Assembly: GCA_040260695.1 (NCBI GenBank)
Contig: JBDQPG010000002.1
Location: 8,171 to 72,170, forward strand
Direction of reading: 5' to 3'
Length of the DNA stretch: 64,000 nucleotides
Source of the DNA: Synechococcus sp. SFB_27S_18OctNov_coas_78
GTDB lineage: Bacteria; Cyanobacteriota; Cyanobacteriia; PCC-6307; Cyanobiaceae
The notes under the pieces are model-generated. The model saw only the letters and a list, made by a program, of their open reading frames with translations, made no database searches and was not told the DNA's origin. Positions 1 through 10,299 of this stretch are shown piece by piece (position 1 is the stretch's first letter; every line of letters starts with the position of its first letter). A program made the position numbers and the translations under genes.

Positions 1-2
1 AT

Positions 3-296
3 AAGCCTGCTCAACCCTGTTTGTCGTCTCGCTTTCCCTATGGCGAAGGGATCACCGCGGAACGTCTCAACCAGGTGGGGCAAGCCGAAGCTTGGTTATT
101 GGCTCGGGGGTTTAACCGTGTGCGCGTTCGCAGCCACGGTCTTGCTGCACGAATTGAAGTCCCTGAGGAGCAGATCAGTGCCGTGCTGGCGATGTCCTCG
201 ACCGACGGGCTTGTGGCATTTTTCCAATCCCTGGGTTTTACGTCAGTGAGCTTGGACCTCGAGGGGCTCGTGAGTGGAAAGCTCAATCGACGTTGA
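3..296 (+). CDS. larE: LarE-like PP-loop ATP-dependent sulfur transferase, C-terminal part (truncated by window edge)
   Basis: Frame open from the window start; reads KPAQPCLSSRFPYG...VRVRSHG..ARIEVP...GFTSVSLDLEG, typical of the LarE-like family C-terminus. Confidence 0.8.
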   Translation, partial: KPAQPCLSSRFPYGEGITAERLNQVGQAEAWLLARGFNRVRVRSHGLAARIEVPEEQISAVLAMSSTDGLVAFFQSLGFTSVSLDLEGLVSGKLNRR

Positions 297-344
297 CCAA
301 CCTGTGACTGTGCTGCTCTGTTCGTTGCTGCTCTGTTGATTGAA

Positions 345-395
345 CCATCGCCGATAACAACCCCGTCCCTCAGGTCAGGTTGTTATCGGCGATGG
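345..395. terminator. Perfect 18-bp inverted repeat between convergent larE and speD; probable bidirectional terminator or RNA stability hairpin
   Basis: CCATCGCCGATAACAACC (345-362) and GGTTGTTATCGGCGATGG (378-395), 15-nt loop, no U-tract. Confidence 0.6.
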
Positions 396-407
396 CTGAA
401 CCCAGCT

Positions 408-869
408 TCAAAGGGTGATGGTCACCGGCGAGGGTTCGCGTACTCCTGTCGCGATTTCTGCAGGAGTTTCCCTGAGAAAGCTCTTCAGGGCATGGCGCTT
501 GGCCAGCAGGGCCTCACTCAGCACGGCACACGCCTGTTCGGGCATGGTGTGGTCACCACAGGTGAACACGTCAACAGCCGCATACCCGGATTCAGGCCAG
601 GTGTGAATGGAGATATGCGATTCGGCCAGTAGGGCCAATCCAGTCACGCCTTGGGGCTCGAAGCGATGGGTGATCAAATTGAGCAGCGTGGCACCAGCAC
701 GTTTTGCAGCCGTTGTGATGGTGTTCCGCAAAAAAGCTTCGTCGTCGAGCCGGCTGGGATCGCATTCATACAGCTCGAGAATGCAGTGTTTGCCCACCAT
801 GTCGGTGGCTTGAAGGGAGGTGTCCCCCCATCCCGGGTGGGGATGCAGGGCAGACAAGCTCTGCTCCAT
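408..869 (-). CDS. speD: S-adenosylmethionine decarboxylase proenzyme
   Basis: GKHCILELY..., [13 protein letters not shown] self-cleavage (pyruvoyl) motif, AAVDVFTCG. Confidence 0.93.
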   Translation of the reverse strand: MEQSLSALHPHPGWGDTSLQATDMVGKHCILELYECDPSRLDDEAFLRNTITTAAKRAGATLLNLITHRFEPQGVTGLALLAESHISIHTWPESGYAAVDVFTCGDHTMPEQACAVLSEALLAKRHALKSFLRETPAEIATGVREPSPVTITL

Positions 870-899
870 CAGGCGAAAATTGAAAAACAGGTGATGAGA

Positions 900-2015
900 C
901 TATCCGACCTTCATTCCTTCTATGAGTTCGTTTTCTCCAAGAATCTGAGCCTCCTGACGCCAGCCCCCGTGAAAACCATCGAGATGGGTGGCACTAATCA
1001 GGCATTGGTGATCATTCCCGACGGCTTCCAAAAGAAGTTGTTGACGGATCGGATCGAGTTCAGCGAGCACGTCATCGAGGAGCAGGAGCGGTGGTTCTCC
1101 ACAAAGTTCCTTGACCAATTCGAGTTCGGCGAGCTTGAGGCCCAGGACGAGTGAACGTTGCTGACCTGCTGACCCGAAGCGACGAGCAGGGCTCTCCCCA
1201 AGCACCATGTTGATCTCATCGCGATGCGGTCCGATTCGGCAGTTTCCGAGGCGTTCTTCGTCCTCCCGTTGGTTGCGGAGTTGTTCCTCAATCGCCAACC
1301 GCCAGGGTTCTTCGGCTTCCTCCCCGTCCAACCGACTTCCAGGTTGATAGCGGAGTTGTAAAAGCTCTTTCCCGCTACTCAAATGTGATTGCCACCGCTG
1401 GGCAATCGGTTCAAGCCGGTTCAAGGCCCTGCGTCGGCGTCGATGGATGCGCGTGCTGATCAGGGCCATTTGAACGTCGAAGGCATCGAGGAGCCCGCTG
1501 CGCTCAGCTGTGTTTTGACGGTGGCTACGCCACAACTGACTTCTTTGCCGTAGTAAGCGGTTGTACCGGCTGATGAGATCGGCGTAGACCGGTTCCAGTT
1601 GCAGCACCACCCGGTCGAGCCATTGGCGGCGTAGGGCTGGCTCGCCACGCACGAGGTCTAGATCGAGGGCGCTGAAGCCGATACAGCGCAGGGGGCCAAT
1701 CAGATCCAGCTGACGATCCAGCACTTTGCCGTTGCGCCGAGCTTGGCGTCCCCCACGCCTGCGCAGTTCAAGTTCCAAACGGTCGCCATCGCCCACTTCA
1801 GCCCTAAGGAGAGCCGTTGGGGCCTCCCATTGGATGAGATCGCGATCTTGGCTGCAGCGATGGGAGCGCAGGCTGCCCAGGAGCTCCACCGCTTCCAACA
1901 GATTCGATTTACCAATCCCGTTGGGCCCAATCACGAGCAACCGTGACTCGGTCAGTTCCAACTGCAGAACTGAGTGGTTCCGGAAACACTGCAATTGGAG
2001 CTTGTGAAGCCGGAT
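900..2015 (-). CDS. recF: DNA replication and repair protein RecF (start uncertain: ATC at 2015 or TTG at 1994)
   Basis: FRN near N-terminus, Walker [46 protein letters not shown]. Confidence 0.95.
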   Translation of the reverse strand: MRLHKLQLQCFRNHSVLQLELTESRLLVIGPNGIGKSNLLEAVELLGSLRSHRCSQDRDLIQWEAPTALLRAEVGDGDRLELELRRRGGRQARRNGKVLDRQLDLIGPLRCIGFSALDLDLVRGEPALRRQWLDRVVLQLEPVYADLISRYNRLLRQRSQLWRSHRQNTAERSGLLDAFDVQMALISTRIHRRRRRALNRLEPIAQRWQSHLSSGKELLQLRYQPGSRLDGEEAEEPWRLAIEEQLRNQREDEERLGNCRIGPHRDEINMVLGESPARRFGSAGQQRSLVLGLKLAELELVKELCGEPPLLLLDDVLAELDPIRQQLLLEAVGNDHQCLISATHLDGFHGGWRQEAQILGENELIEGMKVG

Positions 2016-2100
2016 GGGTGATTGTGCGGTGCTTGGGTAAGGTACCTGTTATGGACCGGTCTATAGGCCGATCTACTGCTGCGGCCTCTAGCCGATCAGT

Positions 2101-2174
2101 GGGCATGTAGCTCAGTTGGATAGAGCATCAGATTCCGGTTCTGAGGGTCGGGGGTTCGAGTCCCTCCATGCTCG
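2101..2174 (+). tRNA. tRNA-Arg(CCG)
   Basis: GGGCATG/CATGCTC acceptor stem, D-arm AGCTCAGTTGGATAGAGC, anticodon arm TCAGA-TTCCGGT-TCTGA, T-loop GTTCGAG. Confidence 0.97.
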
Positions 2175-2192
2175 TGTTTTGTTCCTTGCGAC

Positions 2193-2648
2193 TTAGTCCA
2201 ATCTGAGTCCCATCGCTCGGATTCCATTCGGATCAATCACAAACCCATTGGCGCGTAATGCCTCGAGGGCCGATGCCGGTGCAGACACGGAAAGGCTGCA
2301 TCCCGGTAGATCGCGGCGCAGGATGTGCAGAGCCCGATGAACAAGGACGGCGTAGAGGTCGGATTGATCAGGGCCAGGGCGTGCTGCGAGGTTCCAGAGA
2401 TTGGCGTTCAGGGCTAAGTCGCTCGTAGCTCGAACGAATCCGACCAGTTCCTCTCCAGCGTCTTCAAGAATGCTGATCTGCCAAAGGCTGCGCTTCAGGG
2501 CAAGTGGCCACCGTTGCTCATCGTGGGTGGTCTCTTGGCAAGATCCCAACAGTCGGTTGATGGCGGCTGGGCTAGGGATTGTGGTGGTGTCGAGCCTGTA
2601 TCCGCTTGGCAGTTTGGGGATCGCGGGCTGTTGAAGGAAAGGAAGCAA
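2193..2648 (-). CDS. GNAT-family N-acetyltransferase-like protein
   Basis: LVGFVRATSDLALNANLWNLAA motif, C-terminal GF..DPNGIRAM; TTG start. Confidence 0.7.
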   Translation of the reverse strand: MLPFLQQPAIPKLPSGYRLDTTTIPSPAAINRLLGSCQETTHDEQRWPLALKRSLWQISILEDAGEELVGFVRATSDLALNANLWNLAARPGPDQSDLYAVLVHRALHILRRDLPGCSLSVSAPASALEALRANGFVIDPNGIRAMGLRLD

Positions 2649-2651
2649 GAT

Positions 2652-5639
2652 TCAACCGGTGTTGCGCATGCCAGCCGCAATGCCATTGAGGGTGAGTAGT
2701 GCACCGCGGAGCAGCTCACTGCGGCTGTAAGTGCGGGTATCTTCCGGTGCTCCTGGACTTTCGCTCATCGGGGGCTGACGGTTTTGATCCCGCAGGCGCT
2801 TGAGCAGTGCAACCTGGAGAAATCCCAGAGGCACGATGGTGCGATTCCGCAGGTCCACAGAGAGCTGAAGTCCTTGATCAGCCCCGAGTAATCGCGGTTG
2901 TCCGGTGATTTCCAAGACCAGTTTCCGGGTTAGGGCGTATTCCGTAGAAATCACCGCAAAAATCGCCTCAAAGGCCTCACGTTGCTCGGGTTTCCCCAGG
3001 CTGTTCATGTAGTGATGCGCTAAATCGAGATCGACTTTTGAGAGGGTCATCTCCACCTTGGAAATCAAGGTTCGGAAAAAAGGCCAGCGTTGGTGAAGCC
3101 GCCTCAGCAGATCGAGTTGATCGGGGTCTGCTTTCACCTCTTCGGCTAAAGCCGTGCCAAAGCCAAACCAACTGGGGAGCAAAAAGCGGCTTTGCGTCCA
3201 GCCAAAGACCCAAGGAATTGCCCGCAAGCTCGAAAGATCTTTGGCTCCGGTTTTGCGGCGGGCGGGACGACTGGAAATCTGCAGCTTGCTGATCTCTTCG
3301 ATTGGTGTCACCTGCTGGAAAAAAGCCACTAAGTCAGGGTTGTCATGCACCAAGGCTCGGTAGTGCTCACGGGAGCGTGCAGAGAGACGACTCATCAGTT
3401 GGTTCCAGCTCGGTGTCGCATCGAGCTGATTCGTTACCAGGCTGTTTTGCACCACGGCAGTGGTCACCGTTTCGAGGTTGTAAAGAGCCAGCTCCGGCAG
3501 GCTGTACTTCGAGGCCAACACCTCCCCTTGTTCGGTGATTTTGATTCGGCCCTGAAGGGTGCCACTGGGTTGGGCAAGGATGGCTTGATAGGCCGGACCA
3601 CCGCCACGGCTTACAGAACCACCACGACCATGAAACAGGCGGAGGGCTACGCCTTGTCGGCTCGAAAGTTCTTGAAGGGCAAGTTGGGCTTGGTGAATCT
3701 CCCAGTTGCTCGAAAGGAAACCTGAGTCTTTATTGCTGTCGGAGTAGCCAAGCATCAGCTCCTGAAGGGGCTGGCCTTGGACTCCCACCATCGGTAGAAG
3801 GTCGCGATACAGGGGTGTATTGAATAGCTCGTCCATGACGGCCGGAGCGCGTTGTAGATCCTCCACCGTTTCAAACAGTGGCACCACCAGTAGCGACGCT
3901 TTGCGGGCGGATGGATCCACTAATCCAGCTTCCTTGGCTAGCAGCAAAACCTCCAAAAGATCGGAGGCCGTATGGCTCATCGAAATCACATAGGAGTGGC
4001 AGATCCGCTGGCCGAACTCTTCTTGGAGTCGATGCAACATGCGAAACACGGCCATGGTCTCAGCGGTGGTGTCCGACCAGCGAACCGCCGTTGGGATTAA
4101 CGGACGCCGGGTACGAAGCTCTTCCAGCAACCAGGCCACTCGAGTGGATTCCTCCATCTCGCCATAGGGCTGTGGCAACTCGAGAAAACGCGATAGTTCA
4201 TCAATGGCATCGCTGTGGCGGGTGCTCTCCTGACGAATATCGAGACTGGCGAGTGAGAAGCCAAAAATATGGACTTGATGGAGCAGGGTATCGAGCTGCT
4301 CACAGGTCAGTTCAGTGCCGATCAAGCTGTTGCGAATCAGCTCCAGGTCGTTGCGGAATTGATCGACGGAGGTGTAATGCAGAGCCTCTGATCCAGGTGG
4401 TCCATCGGTTGGAATGGCGTCTTTCGGACTCTTCCAACCCGCATCTGAGAGCTGATCGTTGCGCTTAAGAGTGCGCTCCAGACGTTCGAGGATGTAGCTC
4501 AGCTTCAGTCGGTAAGGCTCCAGTCGATAACGGGCTGCGCGTCGCTCGTAAATCTCTGGAAAGCGCAGCCGATCCATTTCCAACGACTCCAGCAACGCAG
4601 GAGCCACCTGGCTCCACTGCATGGAAATGCTCAGCTGATTGCGAAGCGCCTGGACCGAGCTGATGTACAGCTCGAGCATGAGCTGACGCTGGTAGCAGGC
4701 GGTCCGCCAGGTGATGTCCGTTGTGACCGAGGGATTGCCATCTCGGTCGGAACCAACCCAAGAGCCAAAGGTGCAGAACGATGCCTGCGGAACTTGGACG
4801 TCTGGATAGTGGCGGTGGAGTGCTGATGTAAGCCGCCGCCGCAGTTGGGGCATGGCTTCGAATAGCACTTGTTGGAAGTAATGAAGGGTGGAATCCACTT
4901 CATCGAGAACCGTTGGCTTGAACTGATGCAGCTCATCGGTCCGCCACCAGAGCCGAATCTCCTCTTCCAGTTGTTGACGCAAGTCGTCCTTGACTTGATG
5001 CGCCATCGGCGCATCGGACTGCAGTTGTTGGAGAAGGTTGGCGACCCGTCGTTGCTTATGACGGACGGTGTGGCGCACAATCTCCGTGGGGTGGGCCGTG
5101 AAGACCAACCGGATATCCAGTTCTTGCAGTAGGGCCTCCACTTGAGCTGGCGGCACATTCATCCGCCGGAGCCGTTCAAAGACTTCACCGAAGGTGGCTG
5201 GATCGGTCTGACTCGCCAAAGGAGGAGCAAAGGGGTCAAAGGCGTCCCGGCTGTCGTCTTCGGCAGATTTTCTGGGACTCAGGCTGTCGAGGTAGCTGTC
5301 TTCCTCGATGCGTTGCTCGAGGATATTGATGAGCTGGAAATAAAGTGAAAAAGCTCGTGCGGCTGCGATGGCTTCTGAGAGATCCATGGCACGGATCAAT
5401 TCAATAATCGCTTCACTTGTGCTGTCACCGTCGCGTCCCTCGAGGGACACGGGATCACTCAGCTGTTTAAGTCGCAGTAAGCGAGCACTTTGTTCTGGAG
5501 GACACTCGCTGCGGAGAACCGTCTGCCAGAGGTCCTCCACCAGCACCAAGCGGTTCTGCAGCAAGCGGCCAGCTCCCGCAGTCACACCGCTCTCCTTGGG
5601 CTGTTCGCCTTGGAGTGCATGGGCGGTGGACTCGGGCAT
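2652..5639 (-). CDS. ppc: Phosphoenolpyruvate carboxylase
   Basis: [56 protein letters not shown]-terminal GMRNTG. Confidence 0.99.
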   Translation of the reverse strand: MPESTAHALQGEQPKESGVTAGAGRLLQNRLVLVEDLWQTVLRSECPPEQSARLLRLKQLSDPVSLEGRDGDSTSEAIIELIRAMDLSEAIAAARAFSLYFQLINILEQRIEEDSYLDSLSPRKSAEDDSRDAFDPFAPPLASQTDPATFGEVFERLRRMNVPPAQVEALLQELDIRLVFTAHPTEIVRHTVRHKQRRVANLLQQLQSDAPMAHQVKDDLRQQLEEEIRLWWRTDELHQFKPTVLDEVDSTLHYFQQVLFEAMPQLRRRLTSALHRHYPDVQVPQASFCTFGSWVGSDRDGNPSVTTDITWRTACYQRQLMLELYISSVQALRNQLSISMQWSQVAPALLESLEMDRLRFPEIYERRAARYRLEPYRLKLSYILERLERTLKRNDQLSDAGWKSPKDAIPTDGPPGSEALHYTSVDQFRNDLELIRNSLIGTELTCEQLDTLLHQVHIFGFSLASLDIRQESTRHSDAIDELSRFLELPQPYGEMEESTRVAWLLEELRTRRPLIPTAVRWSDTTAETMAVFRMLHRLQEEFGQRICHSYVISMSHTASDLLEVLLLAKEAGLVDPSARKASLLVVPLFETVEDLQRAPAVMDELFNTPLYRDLLPMVGVQGQPLQELMLGYSDSNKDSGFLSSNWEIHQAQLALQELSSRQGVALRLFHGRGGSVSRGGGPAYQAILAQPSGTLQGRIKITEQGEVLASKYSLPELALYNLETVTTAVVQNSLVTNQLDATPSWNQLMSRLSARSREHYRALVHDNPDLVAFFQQVTPIEEISKLQISSRPARRKTGAKDLSSLRAIPWVFGWTQSRFLLPSWFGFGTALAEEVKADPDQLDLLRRLHQRWPFFRTLISKVEMTLSKVDLDLAHHYMNSLGKPEQREAFEAIFAVISTEYALTRKLVLEITGQPRLLGADQGLQLSVDLRNRTIVPLGFLQVALLKRLRDQNRQPPMSESPGAPEDTRTYSRSELLRGALLTLNGIAAGMRNTG

Positions 5640-5699
5640 GAAGACTCCACGTTGCTCGGGACTCCATGATCATCCCAAAGAGAGGAGCGCTGTGGGGCG

Positions 5700-6812
5700 T
5701 TAGATCTCTTGCTCCTTCATCTCTTCGATGGCGGCTTGCAGTATTTGTGGGATGGCCTCACCCTTTGAATGGGCTGCGGTCCAGCGCATCGCTTGGTTCC
5801 CGCGCTGGAGAATCGCATGAAGTGGTGTGAGGACTGATTCCAGATTCAGTTGTGCCGCCATCGGCGTGATGTCATCGATCAGCGTCTGAATCCAATCCCT
5901 GCAGCGAATGCGCTCACCATTTTTCCAGTGGTGGAGTTCAGCGTCGAGGCTGGCGCGAGCCACGGCAGCGTCATTGGCATCGCTGAGTGTTGCCAGCTCG
6001 TCCGCGGAGAGGGAACTTGCGCTCAGAGGGTCAAAGCGGTCCCTGTGATCGCGCAACGACAACAGTCTGAGTTCAAGGAATGCTGTCATCGCAAGGAGTT
6101 CAGCGGGGTTCGTGACGAGATCGCAAATCCTGAGCTCGACGCGATTTAGATCATGGGGACGGTCTGGCCCATTCGGACGGACGGACGTCCATAGGTGCCG
6201 TTCATTGCGCATGCTCCCGGAGGCCAATTGCGCTTCGACCCAATCGATGTAATGACGATGATCAAGAAATAGGGGAACTTGCGCTGGTGTGAGCGGAAAT
6301 TGTTGCCAACGCTGGGAATGATGCCCAGTGGCGCGTCCATCCAAAAATGGTGAGCTGGCGCTGAGCGCTAGCAGAAGCGCTGCTTCGCAGCGGACGAGTC
6401 GCACTGCTGCAAACAACCAGTCGGGATCAGAAATGCCGAGGTTGATATGAATGCTTGCGGTAACGACCCGGGTGCCATAGGTCGACTCAATTAAGTCGTG
6501 GTACGAATTCGTTGGATCAGAACGCTCAAAGCGGCTGCTGTCGCCGAGGCTGAGGGTGCTGCCGGGTAGCAGGGTGAGGTGGCGGGAGGCGAGCCAGGCT
6601 CTCAGCCGACGACGTGGTTGAAGGAGAGCTTCGCTCAGTTGGTGGTAATCAGCAATTGGAGCCGTGATGTACTCCACATTGCGACAGTCGGGTTCGGTGA
6701 CGAAATCATCGAGAGCAGCGGCTACGTCACTAGCGACACCAACGTTTTGGCCGGAGGGTAATCCTGTGAATAACTCGACTTCAAAGCCTTTGAGTAAGAG
6801 AGGTGAAGTCAT
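5700..6812 (-). CDS. gshA: Glutamate--cysteine ligase (cyanobacterial type)
   Basis: LKGFEVELFTG, EPDCRNVEY, TASIHINLG, LWTSVRPNG, RVELRICD; ATG overlaps the trpE stop. Confidence 0.9.
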   Translation of the reverse strand: MTSPLLLKGFEVELFTGLPSGQNVGVASDVAAALDDFVTEPDCRNVEYITAPIADYHQLSEALLQPRRRLRAWLASRHLTLLPGSTLSLGDSSRFERSDPTNSYHDLIESTYGTRVVTASIHINLGISDPDWLFAAVRLVRCEAALLLALSASSPFLDGRATGHHSQRWQQFPLTPAQVPLFLDHRHYIDWVEAQLASGSMRNERHLWTSVRPNGPDRPHDLNRVELRICDLVTNPAELLAMTAFLELRLLSLRDHRDRFDPLSASSLSADELATLSDANDAAVARASLDAELHHWKNGERIRCRDWIQTLIDDITPMAAQLNLESVLTPLHAILQRGNQAMRWTAAHSKGEAIPQILQAAIEEMKEQEI

Positions 6813-8329
6813 GGGTCCGAGGGATTGAGGCAAGCCAAGGCGGTGAGCATGGCGCGCGCTTTGTTGAGGGTTTCTTCGTATTCGGCCGTTGGCTTGGAAT
6901 CGGCCACAACGCCAGCACCAGCTTGAACTTTCACACGACAGCCTCCAGTGCCGTTCGGTTGCACAACCATCGTGCGAATCGTGATGGCGGTATTCAGTGC
7001 ACCGGCCAAGTCAACGGAGCCATACACCCCTGAATAGGGTCCTCGGGCATCGGGTTCCAGGGCATGGATCAGTTGCATCGCCCGAATCTTGGGGGCGCCG
7101 CTCACCGTCCCTGCAGGGAAAGAGGCCATCAGGAGATCCCAAACGTCATGGTGTGGAGCAAGGCATCCCTCCACTTCACTCACAATGTGCATTACATGGG
7201 AGTACCGCTCAATCACCATCAAGTCCTTAACGGAAACACTCCCGGGCAGGCAGACGCGTCCAAGATCATTCCGTCCGAGGTCGACCAGCATGACGTGCTC
7301 GGCCCGTTCTTTAGGGTCGGCCAGCAGATCCACCTCGAGTTCTCGATCTTCCAGCGGAGTTTGACCTCGGGGGCGCGTCCCGGCGATGGGGCGCAAGCTG
7401 GCTTGAATTCCATGGGCGGCTGGTTCCGCTTGCACCATGACCTCTGGGCTGGAGCCAATGAGCTGCCAATCACCGAAATCGAAGAACGCCATATAGGGCG
7501 AGGGATTCACCATCCGCAGGCTGCGGTAGAGCTCCAAAGGGCTCTGGGACACTTGTGCTTCGAGTCGTTGGCTGATTACCAGCTGAAACACATCTCCAGC
7601 TGCGATATGGCTTTTGGCCGTTCGTACGGCTGTTTCAAATTCGGTTTGGCTGCGATTGCTGGATACATCAGGCAAATCACGTGCATTGGCATCCCAGCGC
7701 AGAGGATCCACCGCAGGGAGTGGTGCGTTCATGCGCTCCCGCAATCGTTCGATCCGGGCCAAAGCGCTTAGCCACGCCTCATCCTCTGTTGACCCACTCG
7801 TGAGATCACCGAAGGCCACAGCTGTGATTTGGCGCTTGACCTGATCGAAGATCAGAATCGCATCCATCATCATCCAGATCCCATCGGGCGGATCGGTGCT
7901 CAGCCTTGGATGAACGGGGACGGTGGGTTCAATCCATTGGATGAGCTCATAGCCCCACATGCCATAGATCTGTCCCAGGGGCGGCAACCCTGGCAAGTTG
8001 ACGCACCGATAGGACTCAAGCCAAGTCCGTAGGGACTGGAGTGGGTTTCCTGCAAGGTTGTCTTCGCGCCCATCTCTCCACCGTCGGGTGAGTTGATTGC
8101 CCCTTGCCGACGCTGTCCACAGGGGATCACAGGCGATGACACTCCATCGACCCAGGGTTTCACCCCCTTCAACGGATTCCAGCAAGACACCGGGTGGATG
8201 GTTCGCCCCGACCTTGATCCAGGTGGTGAGAGGGGTTTCCAGATCGGCTGGCCAACTTTGGGCCAATGGAATCAGGTTGGCGCCGTTGGCTGCAGCCTTA
8301 TGAAAGGCGTCGCGATCAGGACTGAACAT
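6809..8329 (-). CDS. trpE: Anthranilate synthase component I
   Basis: LLESVEGGE, NPSPYM, GSSPE, PIAGTRPRG, KERAEHVMLVDLGRND, PAGTVSGAPK. Confidence 0.95.
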   Translation of the reverse strand: MFSPDRDAFHKAAANGANLIPLAQSWPADLETPLTTWIKVGANHPPGVLLESVEGGETLGRWSVIACDPLWTASARGNQLTRRWRDGREDNLAGNPLQSLRTWLESYRCVNLPGLPPLGQIYGMWGYELIQWIEPTVPVHPRLSTDPPDGIWMMMDAILIFDQVKRQITAVAFGDLTSGSTEDEAWLSALARIERLRERMNAPLPAVDPLRWDANARDLPDVSSNRSQTEFETAVRTAKSHIAAGDVFQLVISQRLEAQVSQSPLELYRSLRMVNPSPYMAFFDFGDWQLIGSSPEVMVQAEPAAHGIQASLRPIAGTRPRGQTPLEDRELEVDLLADPKERAEHVMLVDLGRNDLGRVCLPGSVSVKDLMVIERYSHVMHIVSEVEGCLAPHHDVWDLLMASFPAGTVSGAPKIRAMQLIHALEPDARGPYSGVYGSVDLAGALNTAITIRTMVVQPNGTGGCRVKVQAGAGVVADSKPTAEYEETLNKARAMLTALACLNPSDP

Positions 8330-8387
8330 GCGTGCATCATTACAGCCCTTTCCCAGGACTCAGAGACCCTGGGAAGTGCTGTACCGC

Positions 8388-8819
8388 TTAAGCGTCGTAG
8401 GTATTGCGACCGCTGAATTTGATTGTGGATGGATTGGTGTTCTGTCCAATTCGACGGGGGTTGTGGCCCACCATCGGGCGACCTTCATTCACCTTCTCAG
8501 AGAACACACCATCTTTGGGATGAAGGAATTCCGTGTCGCCGCCGGGATAGATGCGATAGATCTTGAAGTCCTCGATCCGAGGCTTGAACTTGGTGCGCAA
8601 TTGGGTGCCTAACGCCAAGCACTGCTCTTTACGCGCGAAATACATCAGGTTTTCGCCTGAATTCATCATCGCTGCACCACCCGTGGGTAGTTCGAAAGCC
8701 TGAGCTGAATTGCTGCTCCAGGTGATCGCGTACTTCTCCTCTGTTTCCGCGGAGTTCAGCAGACCGCCGGTGCTGGCGATGTGCTGTGGGAGCTGACCAT
8801 TCAACGCCGATGCTGTCAT
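8388..8819 (-). CDS. psaD: Photosystem I subunit II
   Basis: [42 protein letters not shown]. Confidence 0.98.
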   Translation of the reverse strand: MTASALNGQLPQHIASTGGLLNSAETEEKYAITWSSNSAQAFELPTGGAAMMNSGENLMYFARKEQCLALGTQLRTKFKPRIEDFKIYRIYPGGDTEFLHPKDGVFSEKVNEGRPMVGHNPRRIGQNTNPSTIKFSGRNTYDA

Positions 8820-8931
8820 GGTGTGAAAATCCAGACGGGCTGATAGACCTGAAAAGTAGCACCGTGATCAGACCGTATTTGGCGGGCTGACAGCAAGCTT
8901 CACACCCCTGAACAAACGCGATGGTTTGGGA

Positions 8932-10299
8932 TCAATCGGCGTCGCTTTGGACAGGAAAAAAGACGGTGAGATCTCGGTCTCGACGGGGTTGATACCGACC
9001 TCCCAGGCTGGCCATCATTTGACGGGTGGCGTCTTGGCTGAGTTGAAGGCTGCCCGTGGCTGGATCCCAGCTCAATACGGTGCCCAGCTCCTCTCTGGCC
9101 GGAGAGGCATGGGGTGCGCTTCCGGCGCTGCCCGGCAGAACCACATGGAGTTGAAGCTTGACGCGAGCTCCAGCGGCTTGAAGACCGAGTTGTAATTCGC
9201 TTCCTCCCGGGAGGCCGCGGCTGCTCCGGTCAATTAAGCCGCCCAACATCGCTTCCAAGCGGCGGGAGTCACTCATCACTGTGGGTAAGCCGCGATCAAG
9301 ATCCAGGCTCAGCCTGATCTCGCGTCGCTTGAGTTGCTCGCTCCATCCCGGCGCCAAACTGCGAAGAATCGACTCCAGATCGGTGTGGGCCAGGTTGGCT
9401 TCGGTGGGCTGTCGTTGGAGTTCCGCAGCATGGAAAATCAACCCAAATCGATCGATTTGTTCGCTGCATTCCACATCGATTTGTCGGAGGCGTTTCATCA
9501 CCAGTTCTGGGAGATCCTTTCGACGCAGCAAGGAGCGGATCAAGGTTCGGATCGTGGCCAGTGGCGTTCGTACTTCATGGGTCAGCGCTTCTAGCAAGTT
9601 CAAATCATCTGATGCGTTCTGAGGTTTTGTTTCGGGGGACACAACGGGTTGGAGCATCAGCGCAGGTGCAGACACCGTGAGTCGTTCGGCGAGGCTGGGC
9701 CAGAACCGCTCCTTGAGTTGCTCGTCGCTGTGGAGAGGCCCAAGGGCTTCCAGGGCGGAATGAAGTTGCTCTGCTTGGTGTGGAGATTGGTCCTTTAAGC
9801 GTCGTCCGAGCAGGGACAGGACATCTCCCAAACTTGTTGGGTCGCAGCGCATTAGCAATTGACGTTGCTGCGGATCTCCATAGAGAGCCAAGGCCACCTG
9901 CAGGCTGGGTGTAATCACCAACAGCACAGGGTCTTGGCCATCTTCAGGGCGCAAGGCCAGGCGTTGGTAGTTGAAGAGACAATCGCTTTGGGTCTCCATG
10001 GTTCCCCTGTTATGGAGTCCAAGGCGCTCCGGCAGCGCGGTGATCCCCTGTCCGAGTTGATCGAGACGCTCTGGAGCCCAAACCCATCCCTGAAGATGCT
10101 GAAGGAGTTGGGGTTCATGCAGTGCTGGAAGGGGGGAAGCGAGCCAGATTCCTGCGGTGACATTGAGGCGAATCAGTTCCTGTTGGAGCGTGTCCAAAGC
10201 AGCCCACCACAAACGACGAACTCCGATTTCGTCGCAATGTCCAGGCTGAACACCTTGGGCAAGTCGTTCGCGAAGGTCGGTGAAGTTGGGTGAGCTCAA
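8932..10299 (-). CDS. Sensor histidine kinase, Hik2/CSK-like (TTG start at 10299 overlapping the rodA stop is assumed)
   Basis: H-box LTHEVRTPLATIRT; degenerate ATPase lid WDPATGSLQLS; position downstream of rodA. Confidence 0.8.
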   Translation of the reverse strand: MSSPNFTDLRERLAQGVQPGHCDEIGVRRLWWAALDTLQQELIRLNVTAGIWLASPLPALHEPQLLQHLQGWVWAPERLDQLGQGITALPERLGLHNRGTMETQSDCLFNYQRLALRPEDGQDPVLLVITPSLQVALALYGDPQQRQLLMRCDPTSLGDVLSLLGRRLKDQSPHQAEQLHSALEALGPLHSDEQLKERFWPSLAERLTVSAPALMLQPVVSPETKPQNASDDLNLLEALTHEVRTPLATIRTLIRSLLRRKDLPELVMKRLRQIDVECSEQIDRFGLIFHAAELQRQPTEANLAHTDLESILRSLAPGWSEQLKRREIRLSLDLDRGLPTVMSDSRRLEAMLGGLIDRSSRGLPGGSELQLGLQAAGARVKLQLHVVLPGSAGSAPHASPAREELGTVLSWDPATGSLQLSQDATRQMMASLGGRYQPRRDRDLTVFFPVQSDAD

